DNA from: Octopus sinensis
Taxonomy: Eukaryota
NCBI RefSeq assembly: GCF_006345805.1
Contig: NC_043001.1
Location: forward strand, 100,316,001-100,380,000
DNA length: 64,000 nucleotides
Direction of reading: 5' to 3'
The notes below the pieces were generated by a model. That model searched no databases. It saw only the letters and a program-made list of their open reading frames with translations, and was not told the origin of the DNA. Position numbers and translations under genes: made by a program. Shown in pieces: positions 1-11,557 of this stretch (position 1 is the first letter of the stretch; each line of letters opens with the position of its first letter).

Positions 1-616
1 TAATATTTCCATTTCCTTTTTTGTTAAATATTAAAATCGATATATCCAGTATATAATTTCATATTCATAATTTAAAAAAAAAGGTTTTATTGAAGTAAAA
101 TATTGAAATTTACTTGATTGATATTAGTGTAATAATTAAGAAGATATTTTCTCATTGTTTCCATCTTATGTAATCACAAAGAAATTATTACTTCCATCAG
201 AGGACTGCAATTCATTGAAGATTCAAATTACTTTTGAAAGTTGTTTTATATAACTTAATTTTTTGAAACATATTTTATAATAGTCTCTTAATCATAAATG
301 TATTATTAATCTACAGTTGTTTAAAAAAAATATGGGCACACACACTCACACACACACACACAAATATATGCATTCATGTGTAGATGTAAAGAAATTGTAA
401 AGGCATTTCATGCTCTGTTGCTTTCTCAGTGATCCTTTAGATTATAGAAACAATGCCACTCCTAGATCTAAGAAGGAGGTCGACTCTCTCTCTGTTACAT
501 TTTTGGTTTTGGTTTTATTTGAAGGAGGATTCTATTGCACACATTCTCCAGTATTAATAGAGAAAAATCCCTCCATATTCTCCAGTTTTTTGCTTGTCAC
601 CCATTAAATACAAACC

Positions 617-637
617 CACACATACACACACACACAC

Positions 638-709
<72 letters not shown>

Positions 710-902
710 ATACATTCATACATACATACATATATACATACACACATACATACATACATACACATACATACATACATACATACATACATGCATGCATACA
801 TACATACACACACATACATACATACATACATACATACATACATACATACACATATGTATATACACATACATACATACACGCATACATACATACATACATA
901 GA

Positions 903-938
<36 letters not shown>

Positions 939-941
939 TAT
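617..941. repeat. Compound microsatellite (CA)n/(TA)n/(TACA)n
   Basis: Directly visible; explains ORFs 535-1033. Confidence 0.97.
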
Positions 942-944
942 GCA

Positions 945-1510
945 AATGCAAGATCCCGGGATGGAGACTTAGGAAGAAGGTGAGCTTCAAGCAATCCATA
1001 GAAAATATTTAAAAAAATAGTTTGCAAGAACAAAAGTGGTTTATTGGGGCGGAAGGTTGTGGATTTTTTCCATATTTAAGTGCAAAAAGCTGAAAAAATT
1101 ATTTTATATTTCACGGTAGGCAGTCAGGGTTACCAGGTACATGAATAAAATCCAAGAGTTAAGGAATGGAGTAGATAAAATCTGGGCTACATTAGTTTCA
1201 TTGGGAGCACCACTTGGAAGGGGTTAAATGTATAGCAGGCCATTCTTCATGTCAAGGGCATCTTGATTAAATGAGGTTGACATTGTGGTTAGGAGGTCCA
1301 AACTAACACACAGAGGATTCAATCATTGGATTTGCATTCAGATTGAACCCATCGTGTGTTAATATAAACTTCATTTCATCAAGATACCCTTGGCCTGAAG
1401 AATGGCCAGTGGTATACACGTCGCTTGGATATTTACCATTTCCAAGGTTCCCATAAGTATGAAACATATGTAGCCAAGATTTCATCTACTCCATCCCTTA
1501 ACTCTTGGAT
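945..1510. mobile_element. Penelope-like non-autonomous element with internal inverted repeat (arms ~1150-1280 and ~1366-1510)
   Basis: atccaagagttaaggaatggagtagataaaatctgggctacat (~1150) is the reverse complement of atgtagccaagatttcatctactccatcccttaactcttggat (~1468-1510) with few mismatches; carries a hammerhead core; second copy at 54461-54810; flanked by microsatellites. Confidence 0.6.
1389..1478 (+). ncRNA. Type I hammerhead ribozyme-like motif
   Basis: CTTGGC-CTGAAGA-(59 nt stem II region)-GAAA-CATATG-TA-GCCAAG: perfect 6-bp stem I, canonical CUGANGA and GAAA boxes, GUA cleavage triplet, palindromic stem III. Confidence 0.7.
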
Positions 1511-1599
1511 GCACGCACACACACACACACACACACACACAAACGCACACACACAAACACATAAAATATTCATACATGTATATTCATGTTTATGTACAT

Positions 1600-1940
1600 A
1601 TTTTTCTTTTCTTTTTCTTGTCTCAGTCATTTGACTGCGGCCATGCTAGAGCACCACCTATTTTAGTCAAAGAAATCGAACCCTGGATTTATCCTCTGTA
1701 AGTCTGGTAATATTTCTATTGGTCTGTTTTGCCGAACTGTTAAGTTACAGGAATGTAAGCACACCAACATTGGTTGTCAAGCAATGGTGGGGGTATAAGC
1801 ACATGCACAAACACACAAATATATACATATATACGACAGGCTTCTTTCAGTTTCCATCTACCAAATCTATTCACAAGGCTCCGGTTGGCCTAAGGCTAGA
1901 GTAAAAGACACTTACCCAAGGCGCCCCACAGTGGGACTGA
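1600..1940 (-). mobile_element. tRNA-derived SINE family A, 5'-truncated
   Basis: Reverse-complement match to the full copy at 31971-32380. Confidence 0.9.
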
Positions 1941-1945
1941 ATATA

Positions 1946-2805
1946 CAGGGAAGCCCAAAAGTCACTGAGGGATTGCAATTTTTGATAATTCTTTTATTTT
2001 GTTACATTTTTCTTTTCTTTTCAGGGATTTTATGGATTAGCTCCTGGAAATTAATCATGAAAATGATGGCACTGCACAATGCACCCAAGTGATGAAATAG
2101 TTCTATCAAAATCAGGGGTCAATTATTCAAACCCTGAGAGCATATCACTGGTATTTTCGAGTGAGATGCCCCAAGTGAAAACACAATTAGGAACTTAGTT
2201 TGCCATTTTGAAAAACAAGGGGCAGTAAATGATCAATCATGATCTGGGAAACCTCAAACAGTCAGAGCTGATATGGCAAGGGAACGAGTGTGAGAGGGTA
2301 TTGAACAGAATCTGGGCAGATTGACTTGAAGGCGGTCCAAACAGCATGGGATTTCACGAACTTCACTGCAGAGTTCTCAGCAGTCTTAACCTTTTTCCAT
2401 ACAAGGTAGAGTTGGTCCAACAATTAAACAGACTCCAATACGCTGTCAGAATCCCAGAATTAGCACAAAATGACCCAAATTTTACACAAAAATTGATCAT
2501 GTCTAATGAAGCTCACTTTCATTTGAATGGGTTCATCAACAGACAAAATTGCTGGTTTTGGGGCTCTGAGAATCCAAGAGCCCTGCACCGAAGAGAATTG
2601 TGCCCCCAGAAAGTGTGAAGCTGAAAATGGAAGCCATTTAAAATATGTTATTTTTCATATATAATGTAGAGGTATGAGGAAAAAGGGCCAATGCAAATTA
2701 ATTTCCATTATCTTCTGTATATTGAATAAAAATTTCATAGAACTATTTGTAAAAATAAGGGAGTTATTAAAAATCAAACCCCTCAGGCTCTTCTGGGTCA
2801 TCTGG
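1946..2805 (+). mobile_element. Tc1/mariner-superfamily DNA transposon relic, internally deleted
   Basis: Degenerate TIRs (cagggaagcccaaaagtcactgaggga... / ...cccctcaggctcttctgggtcatctgg) flanked by TA; internal transposase fragment. Confidence 0.8.
2346..2618 (+). pseudogene. Tc1/mariner transposase fragment
   Basis: IMSNEAHFHLNGFINRQNCWFWGSENP matches the SDEAHFHLNG-x-VN-x-QN-x-R-x-W-xx-ENP motif around the first catalytic Asp (here N). Confidence 0.85.
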
Positions 2806-2884
2806 TATATACATGCCCCATGCACATGCACATATATATTTACATATATATAAATACATAGAAAAGTAAAAATATATGAAAATT

Positions 2885-3320
2885 AAGAGGTATGCAGTAA
2901 TATATATCTGGAAGATCCTGGAAGGAATTGTGCCAAATTTTGGCATTGAAAGCTACACCAATGCCAGAACAGGACGACACTGCATACTAACAAAGGTCCC
3001 AGCAATGCCATCATGCTTCAGGACCAGTTACTGCAACAGCCTGGGTTTCAAGGGCCCACAGCTTTTTAATATTCTCCCAAAGAATCTGAGGAACTTGCAC
3101 AAAGTAGATGTAGGGGGTTTTTAAATCAAAGCTGGACCTCTTCTTGTTGAGAGTCCCAGATGAACCTACCTCACGGCAAGAGGTGCAAATGAGTGTAGCT
3201 ATATCACACTCCATGTTTCACCAAGTTCCACATGTTAGAGGAGGCTCTTAGTAATAGCAGTGTAGCAAAATGGCGGTGCATCAGCATGGCCACAGCTCTG
3301 AGCTGAAACTTAAAAAAAAA
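2885..3320 (+). mobile_element. 3' end of CR1/L2-like LINE (ORF2 C-terminus, 3' UTR, A-rich tail)
   Basis: RYAVIYIWKILEGIVPN...GPQLFNILPKNLRNL then (frameshifted) FKSKLDLFLLRVPDEP; 3' tail shared with SINE A. Confidence 0.8.
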
Positions 3321-3391
3321 AAGAATATGTACTCATATTTTTGTTGGATGACTGTTGATTACTCATGAGTTCCTCTGCCCTTTGATAAGTT

Positions 3392-4920
3392 TTATTTTCT
3401 TGTCCTGCAGGGTGTCCAACAATCACCCTCCTCACCAAACAAGCTCGGTGGGGTTGCCAGTTTTGTCACTGATGACCTGACCATACAACAGGTTGTACTG
3501 GGTTTTTGTGGCATGAAGCAAAGCAGGCCTTGCTGTCCACTCAAAAAAAATACATAGTAAATGATCCACAAACACCCAAGCAAACAAAATCTGCAACTTG
3601 TTCCATTTGCCAAAAGGTTTTCAAGGCACCAGCAGGCCTCAACAGATACATCTGTGTCCATGGAACACGATTACCACTTCATTTTACTGAACCTTCATTT
3701 GTGGTTCTCCTTTGAAGACATCCATGTTTCTTAAGAAACACCCAAAATTTATCACAGGATACTTTGTCAAAAGCCTTTGTGAAGTCTATAAACTGTGCAA
3801 AGATAGGAATATTCTGCTCAATGCATTTTTATTGAATTTGACAACAACAGATCTTCCCGGTTATTGATAGAAGTGATCTTTCTCTTGTTTTGAAGATGGG
3901 AATGATGATGATGCCTGTGTTTTTCTAGTTCTGTGGATCCATTCCGATCTTCCAGATCCAGAGCACAATGCTATACAGGCTTACAATAAGCTTCACACCT
4001 CCATGCTTTGAGATTTCAGCAGGTATGTCACACCTGCCAGGTTGCTTTACCTTCTTTCATTCGTCTGATTGCATCAATGAATTCCTTGTAAATAGGTTTG
4101 TCATCCAGGGATTGGATTGGCTGTTGTGTAACCTTTATAAGGTTGGCATAATCCACAATGCCTGGGATATTAATCAGGTTGTTAAAGTGATTAGCAAATC
4201 TATCAAAGACCTCTAATTTTTCCCTGGAGTACTGTTTTGCTGTCAAGAGCTCTGAGTTTTGTCAAGTCTCTTCTCTGTGGACTACATACCCCTTGAAATA
4301 CTGAGTAAAATACTTTCATATCGTTTTATCTGCATAATACTGCAACTCTTCAGCTTTGGCCTTCCACCAATCTAAGTTTCACTTTCCTGCTATCTCGTTG
4401 TTGCTTCCTTCTTGCTGCCACCAGTTTTCCTGTTTGACCTTGTGTTGCCGTGCCTTTGCAATATTCCATTCCTTTTGCAGGGTCTGTAGTTGGATGTCAT
4501 CCTTGTTGAACCAATCTTGATGCTTTTCCACCAGTTTGCCAAGACCCCATTGAACTGTCTCAGATGTAATTATTTTCAAGATGTTCCAGCTTTCTTAAAG
4601 TCCTTTGTTTTCCTTATTTTACCATCTTTCCAAAACCATATCCAGCTGCTCCTGCAATTCATGTTCCCTTTTGGGTTCCCTGAGTTTCACAATGTTTTGC
4701 TTATTTTTTGGTCAGCCTTTTGCCTTCATGCTTCACATTCTATAAAACAAAAGTAACCTTTAATCTGATTGTGTGGTGGTCGGTAGAATAGTCTACACCT
4801 CTCATGGCTTTTGTATCCAAGACATTCTTCTGATCTCTTCCCCGGGCTCTGGGTAGTTATGAAGTCTAACAAGTGCCAACACTTGGAGCATCCAAGTGAT
4901 CTTTTGATCTTTGAAGACAA
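3392..4920 (-). mobile_element. Decayed RTE (BovB-like) LINE fragment
   Basis: Broken frames give SKCWHLLDF, KHQDWFN, RFANHFNNLIN and FIDFTKAFDKVS (RT). Confidence 0.8.
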
Positions 4921-5537
4921 TGTTTGTAATTCTCTTCATACCTTTGTATTTACAAATACCCAATAATTAAAAATAAACCAATTGCCCAGTTAAACAGAGG
5001 CTTGAACTTGACATTTCAAAGTAAACCACAGAACTTGATCTATTTTAACCTGTAACTCCATTCAAATTGAACTTCTTACCTTTGTGTTTTTAAAGATGCT
5101 TGAATGAACACAAAGAAGCATATTGCACTAAACCTTAATTTCCTACACTAAATCGAAGAAATATCTTGCAATTAAAATTCTGTGATGATCTAACCGAAGT
5201 GTGTACGTCTTAGATTGATGGAAGGGCAGCAGCCCGTTATCTCTTTCTTAGCTTCCTGTTCCACCATGCATTGTTGTTGTTGTATGAAACATTGCCTCTC
5301 ATTTTAATGGATGACCACAATGTATGCAGGGAAATATTTTTGACCAAGTTATTGGTAATAAATGATAAATGATTGGAGGGAGTGTAGATGCCTGGCAGGG
5401 TCTCATGTGGCTTAAGATAAGGACATCACAAACACTCAACGCCAACGCATACACCCAACTGTATGTATATGTACACCCATGGATAAATACAAATACATGG
5501 ATATTCACAGATGCATACACATTCATCAAATACCAAG

Positions 5538-5579
<42 letters not shown>

Positions 5580-6407
5580 CAAAGTCTATACATGTAAACA
5601 CACCATATACATAAACATACTTGAATATAAAACAATTCTCTGTACTTATTGACTCGCAAAACCAAACAAACTTGTGCAGACTAACACGACCAAGCTACAT
5701 TAACCACACACCTGCATAAACACACACACACACACACACATGCACCAATGCCAACATTGACCAGAAACTAAATGATCGTGTATTACCTTCAATAAAACCT
5801 ACACACCAACACATCCGCACACATATACTAATACACTAACATACTAATCAATATGCCACAACTCACACCCAGAGTGTAAACAAATACATAAACATGGAGA
5901 AAGACACACCCCCACGAGTCAAACAGTCTCATTCCATTGACATATACAAACCCCCTGGAAAAGTAAACACGCAAAAGACTGAATAAAGTCCAAACGCAAA
6001 TCCATGGGCTGTAATGTGATACTTCCCTGAAGAATGCACTCCCATAAAGCGGCAACTGTCCCTGGCAATTTATTTCTTTAGCCATTATCTCACTGCTGTC
6101 CCTTTCAGCAAACCATTTCATATCTAAACTTTCAAAATACACATGAATAGGTGAACACACACGCACACACACACACACACATCACACACACACACACACA
6201 CACACACATTTATTGCTTATCTCATTCATCCTCACACATGCATGCTAACAAAATTGAGCTGTACTAACTACATACACACACACACACACACCAGCAATGA
6301 AACTGACCGTAAAGCAAGCCACATACATTAAGCTAAACATCACACAACTGAAAGTTAAACATTCATACAAACATACAAATATGCTGACCCCTAATACACA
6401 GAACCAG

Positions 6408-6626
6408 CGTTAGCACGCCGGGCGAAATGCTTAGAGGTATTTCGTCTGCCGTTATGTTCTGAGTTCAAATTTCGCCGAGGTCGACTTTGCCTTTCACCCT
6501 TTCGGGGTTGATAAATTAAGTACCAGTTATGCATTGGGGTCGATTTAATTAACTTAATCCGTTTGTCTGTCCTTGTTTGTCCTCTCTGTGTTTAGCCTCT
6601 TGTGGGGTAGTAAAGAAATAGGTATT
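6408..6626 (+). mobile_element. tRNA-derived SINE family B, slightly 5'-truncated
   Basis: B-box-like gagttcaaat; matches the full copy at 44414-44649. Confidence 0.9.
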
Positions 6627-7144
6627 ATCACTGGTTCTGCTGAAAGAGAAGAAGCTCTTTGTAGAATCTTTTGCTAAAAAAATGCATCTGCTTCTCTCAT
6701 TACATGTTTGGTGTTCTCATCTCAGTTATAACTTACTTCCATGTTGGATATATGTTTGCAAACCCCCAACACCTCCACCACATACACAAAGCATTACCAG
6801 TGTTCTGATGGTGGTGGTCATATTGTTCATGTTAATCTCTTGTGGTTGTTGGTCAGTCTCCATTCAAATCTCATCTAAAATCAGAGACACTTTGTTCAAT
6901 GTTGAAAATATACTTGGCCACCACCTTATCTCATATTGTTGTCTTTTATTTCAGACGGAGTTGGTTATTTTGTTCATACTGTTTATTGTTGTTGCTGTTG
7001 TTGTTGTTGTTGTTGGTCATTAAGGACTTGATGAGTCAGAAATGGTTAAGATCTTATTGGTTTTGGTGTTGAAGGAAGCTGTATTAATTGGGGACAGTGG
7101 TGCTGGTGCAGATTGATTTGTATGTGGAAATAAATTCTATAAGA

Positions 7145-7310
7145 GCAGGCATGGCTGTGTGGTAAGATGTTTGCTACCCAATCACATGGTTACAGGTTCA
7201 ATCCCATTGCATCGAACATTGGGCAAGTCACTTCTACTAGAGCCTCAGGCTAACCATAACTTTGTGAGTGGATTTGGTAGGCAGCTTGTGAAAGAAACCT
7301 GTCATGTATA
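7145..7310 (+). mobile_element. SINE family A, 5' half
   Basis: tggctgtgtggtaag (A box) ... ggttcaatccc (B box) ... gtgagtggatttggtag. Confidence 0.85.
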
Positions 7311-8205
7311 TAGAAGATAGCTTTTGTGTGCAGCAGATGCACAAGGGCAATAGACACCACAGATACTCAGAAAACAGATTCCCTCACACTCCAGGGGGAG
7401 AAACTAGAAGTAGTTGATAGTTTCTGTTAGTAATGGGGGTGGATGATCAGAGAGTGTTACCACTAGAATACGAATAGCCTGGGCAAAGTTTAGAAAGCTC
7501 CTACCCCTACTGGTGACAAAGGGTCTCTCGCTCAGAGTGAAAGGTAGATTGTATGATGCATGTGTGCAAACTGCCATGCTTCACAGCAGTGAAAGACGGG
7601 CTGTGACTGCAGAGGACATGCATAGGCTTGAAAGAAATGAAGCTAGCACAATCCGCTGGATGTGTAATGCCAGTGTGCACACACGGCAGAGTGTAAGTAC
7701 CCTGAGAGAAATGCTGGACATAAGAAGCATCGGATGTGGCATGCAAAAGAGACGTTTGTGCTGGTATGATAATGTACTAATGGTGGATGAAGAGAGATGT
7801 GTGAAGAGGTGCCACTTCCAAACAGTTGTAGGAATCCAAGGTAGAGGTAGACCCAGGAAGACATGGGATGAGGTGGTCAAGCATAACCTTCGAATGTTGG
7901 GCCTCACAGAGTCAATGACGAAAGACCAAGATCTCTGGAGATATGCTGTGACTGCAAAGACCCAACAAATATTGTAAGTTCGTGGCTGTTTTCTACACCA
8001 GTTTCGCATTGCCTCCACCCATCAAAAGTACCTTGGATTTTTGCAGAATGATCTGCTGTGCTTGAGGAGACCTATTGAGTCAAGTACATCAATATCAAAA
8101 TAAATATCAAATGGAAATTGTAGTTGTGATACCCGTGCCGGTACCAACTGATTGTGGCCATTGCCAGCCTCCCCTGGCACCTGTGCCGGTGGCATGTAAA
8201 AAGCA
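7311..8205 (+). mobile_element. RTE-clade LINE 3' fragment (ORF C-terminus and part of 3' UTR)
   Basis: ORF 7513-7977: LSLRVKGRLYDACVQTAMLHSSE...RGRGRPRKTWDEVV...WR, typical RTE C-terminus. Confidence 0.9.
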
Positions 8206-11139
8206 ATTTGTCCCTCAGAATTATTACAAGTCCAAAAAATGAAACCAGTAAAGATTAAACCAATGTGGTATGGTGTGATTTTATGAAGAGTTGGCTGTTC
8301 TTTCTAGCAAGTAAGTATCCACAAAATGGTCTCCTTATTGGCTTGCTGCTTCTGAGGATAATATTGTGATGGTGGTGGTGGTGGTGGTGGTGGTGTTGAT
8401 AATGATTATAATAATGTTGTTATTAGTGATAGTGAAAAAAATGTAGCCATGTTAATGCTAATGATTATGACTGTGATGATGATGATGATAATGTTGATGA
8501 TGACGATGGTGATGATGATTCTGACATGTATAAGAAAAGCAGAAAAATACTGAAATTAGTAAAGAAGTAGGACAATCGATGCGGTACGAGGGAACAAATT
8601 CTCTTTTAAAATGATGCCTCCCCACCCCACAATCCATTTCCTTCAAAAATCCTTTGTTATCGCATTTATTTTATTTTTTTAATACACATTTTGCATTCCT
8701 TGAATCAGCATAAAGAAATGGCTTGAATTTTGTATGTTTCTTCTTATAAGAGTAGGAGATCTAATAGCTTGGAAAAAATTAGATTATTTTGAAATCTGAA
8801 AGTAATTCTTTATTCTCATTTAGATAATTCTCAGTTAGAATTATTAAAACAAACAAGATTGGTAGCAGTGTGATGGCAGCTTATCTTCCACAGGAACCAA
8901 ACAAATTATAGCAATCTTTATATCCTACTTAGGAAACATGTTTTGCAAGGATACTGTAATACTGAGGTATCTGTCCCAAGAGAAAGCATCTCGTAGAGAC
9001 GTTTAGAACTGAAGAAGCATCGACAATATCAGTGGCAGATGAAAATCATCCTGTACTAGTAGTGGAACTGCTGAATCACATGATTTCAGTATGCTTGTAT
9101 TTCATCAGCCACAGGTATTCATTATCACTGTTGCCGATCAAAGCTCACTTCCACTGATACGTAGAAAAACAATGACTTATCAGGCACTGGTGTCACAAAT
9201 GGCTTCTCAGGACAAATACCAGAGTTGGACAGCTTTCTTACAAAACATCCATGTTAAGCGTAATATAAAGATTGCTATTCAGAACAAATACTGCTTCCAT
9301 TGATTAAAAAAAGAAAAGAAACATAACTTCTATTGGTTTTAACGAGAACTTTGCAATCTGTCAATTACAAATTTTGATGGAAGTGTCACTGTCTTTCTGT
9401 TTTTCTCTTTGCTGATAAGAGGTGGAATTTGAACTTAGAATGCCTAGACATTGAAAAGAGACTGTAAGGCATCCTGTTTGATGTTTTATCAATTCTGTTG
9501 ATTGATAGATAGACTTAGACGAGTTATATTTATTGATCCAGAAATGATGAAAGATAGCAATGACATCAGTAGGATTTGAACTCAGAGAAACTTCATACAT
9601 TTTATCCCATGCTCTAATGACTCTCCCCATTTGTCACTTAATTACTTTAAGATATAATTAAGTAATTAGAAATAACGTTACAAAAATAGATTTCTTTTTC
9701 ACTCTTAATTTCAGACTGCAAGATATTCCCTGATTAAAAAAAAATTGCATTTGAAATCAAACGTTTTTGGTTCTTTTAACCACTGAAAATCATCAAAACA
9801 TCTAAAACACAGAGAGAAGAGATTTTAGACGAATGTGGAACTCATTGAGTTAACAAACAAGATGGAGTTTGTTATGATTTTGAATCCAAAGGTCATCCAT
9901 GATTGAGTAGACTTATGATTGAAGGCAATGACTAAAAGCTTCAGTTTTGTTTTTTTCAGACATAATGTGCCTAGGTTTATACCTTATTTCTGGTAAGTTA
10001 AAAGGCACAGAGGCACAGAGGCACAATTAGCTCAACATTGGTGATTGACAAAAAATAGTGGTAAATAGGACTAGATCTATTAAACATAAATTTTTATTCT
10101 TTTACATTCTGAGTTCAAATCCTGTTGCAGTTAATAATATTGCTTTTCATCTTTTAGGAAGCAGTATGGCTCCAAACAGATGCAAAATTCACCCCAGTCA
10201 TACACAGAGATAAGAATCAAGTGTACACCCGGCCTCTGTAAAAACCAGTTTTGTCATTAAATAGCAAATAATTTGAACAGCTTGTTAAAATATTTCCCAT
10301 TATAATATTAGTTCATATAGAGTTTTGTTTTTTTAGATTTCCTATCACTTTCCACTCTCTCAGGAGGTCGGATTTTCTCTGATAGAAATCAGTGCAGAAT
10401 TCTATGAGCAGAATAGAAAATGCTGTTCAACAAATAATGGTTCACTCTACTTCTGAACAGTTATATATCAGTATTCCTGTTGGCAAACTATTCCAGATAA
10501 TATCTTTGATACTTCTAAAAGATAGAAAATTAGAATTTAGCTGTAAACACATTAGCAGAGCTCCTGTCTCAACATTTACTGCTTTCAGAAGGAAATTTAT
10601 AAAACAGAAAGTACACAACTGTAGGTTCTGATTATAGTGGGAGTCATCTATTTATTTATTTATGTGTGTGTGTGTGTGTATACACATACAGAAATGAGTG
10701 TGTGTGTGTGTGTGTGTATATATACACATATGTGTATGTGTTTTGGTTGAGTCAATCTCTTGCTATATCAAAAGGATCATTGAAAAAAAAAGCAAAAAAC
10801 CCCCCCAAAAAACGAACAAACAGAAAACGTAATAAAATGCCTGAAATGGAAAGCTTAGTTTTTGGATAAAGTTACATCAAACTCCTCCACTTCGTAGATC
10901 ACTGCTTCAGTTTTCATTCTCAGAATAAAGTCCACTATACATATACACACATACATACATACCTACATACATACATACATACATACATACATACATACAT
11001 ACATACATACATACATACATACATACACACACACACATATATATATTATACAAATTATACAAATTATACATACATACATACATACTTACACACACACACA
11101 TAGACAAACACTTTCATTTATGCACACACATATATTCTT

Positions 11140-11343
11140 TTATTTTTTTATTTGTTCCAGTCATTTGACTGCTGCCATGCTGGAGCACTGCCTTTAGTCG
11201 AACAAATCGACCCCAGGAGTTATTCATTGTAAGCCTAGTACTTATTCTATTGGTCTCTTTTGCTGAACTGCTAAGTCATAGGAGCGTAAACACACCAACA
11301 TTGGTTGTCAAACAATGTTAGAAGGACAAACACAGACACACAA

Positions 11344-11418
<75 letters not shown>

Positions 11419-11557
11419 CATATATACAATGGGCTTCTTTCAGTTTCTGTCTACCAAATCCATTCACAAGGCATTGGTCGGACCAAGGCTATAATACAAG
11501 ACACTTGCCCAAAATGCCATGCAGTGGGACTGAACCCAGAACCATGTGGTTGGTAAG
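11140..11557 (-). mobile_element. SINE family A with expanded internal (CA)/(TA) tract
   Basis: Homology to 31971-32380; first ~25 nt replaced by the adjacent LINE. Confidence 0.9.

Noticed and set aside
5182-5225. SECIS or C/D-box-like motif (gtgatga..tctaa/ttaga..tga)
   Set aside because: Spacing does not fit the SECIS quartet; no D box or selenoprotein context
9960-9992. 33-nt micro-exon (ttttcag...ctg|gtaagt)
   Set aside because: Appears to lie in an old degenerate repeat; no partner exon or recognisable peptide
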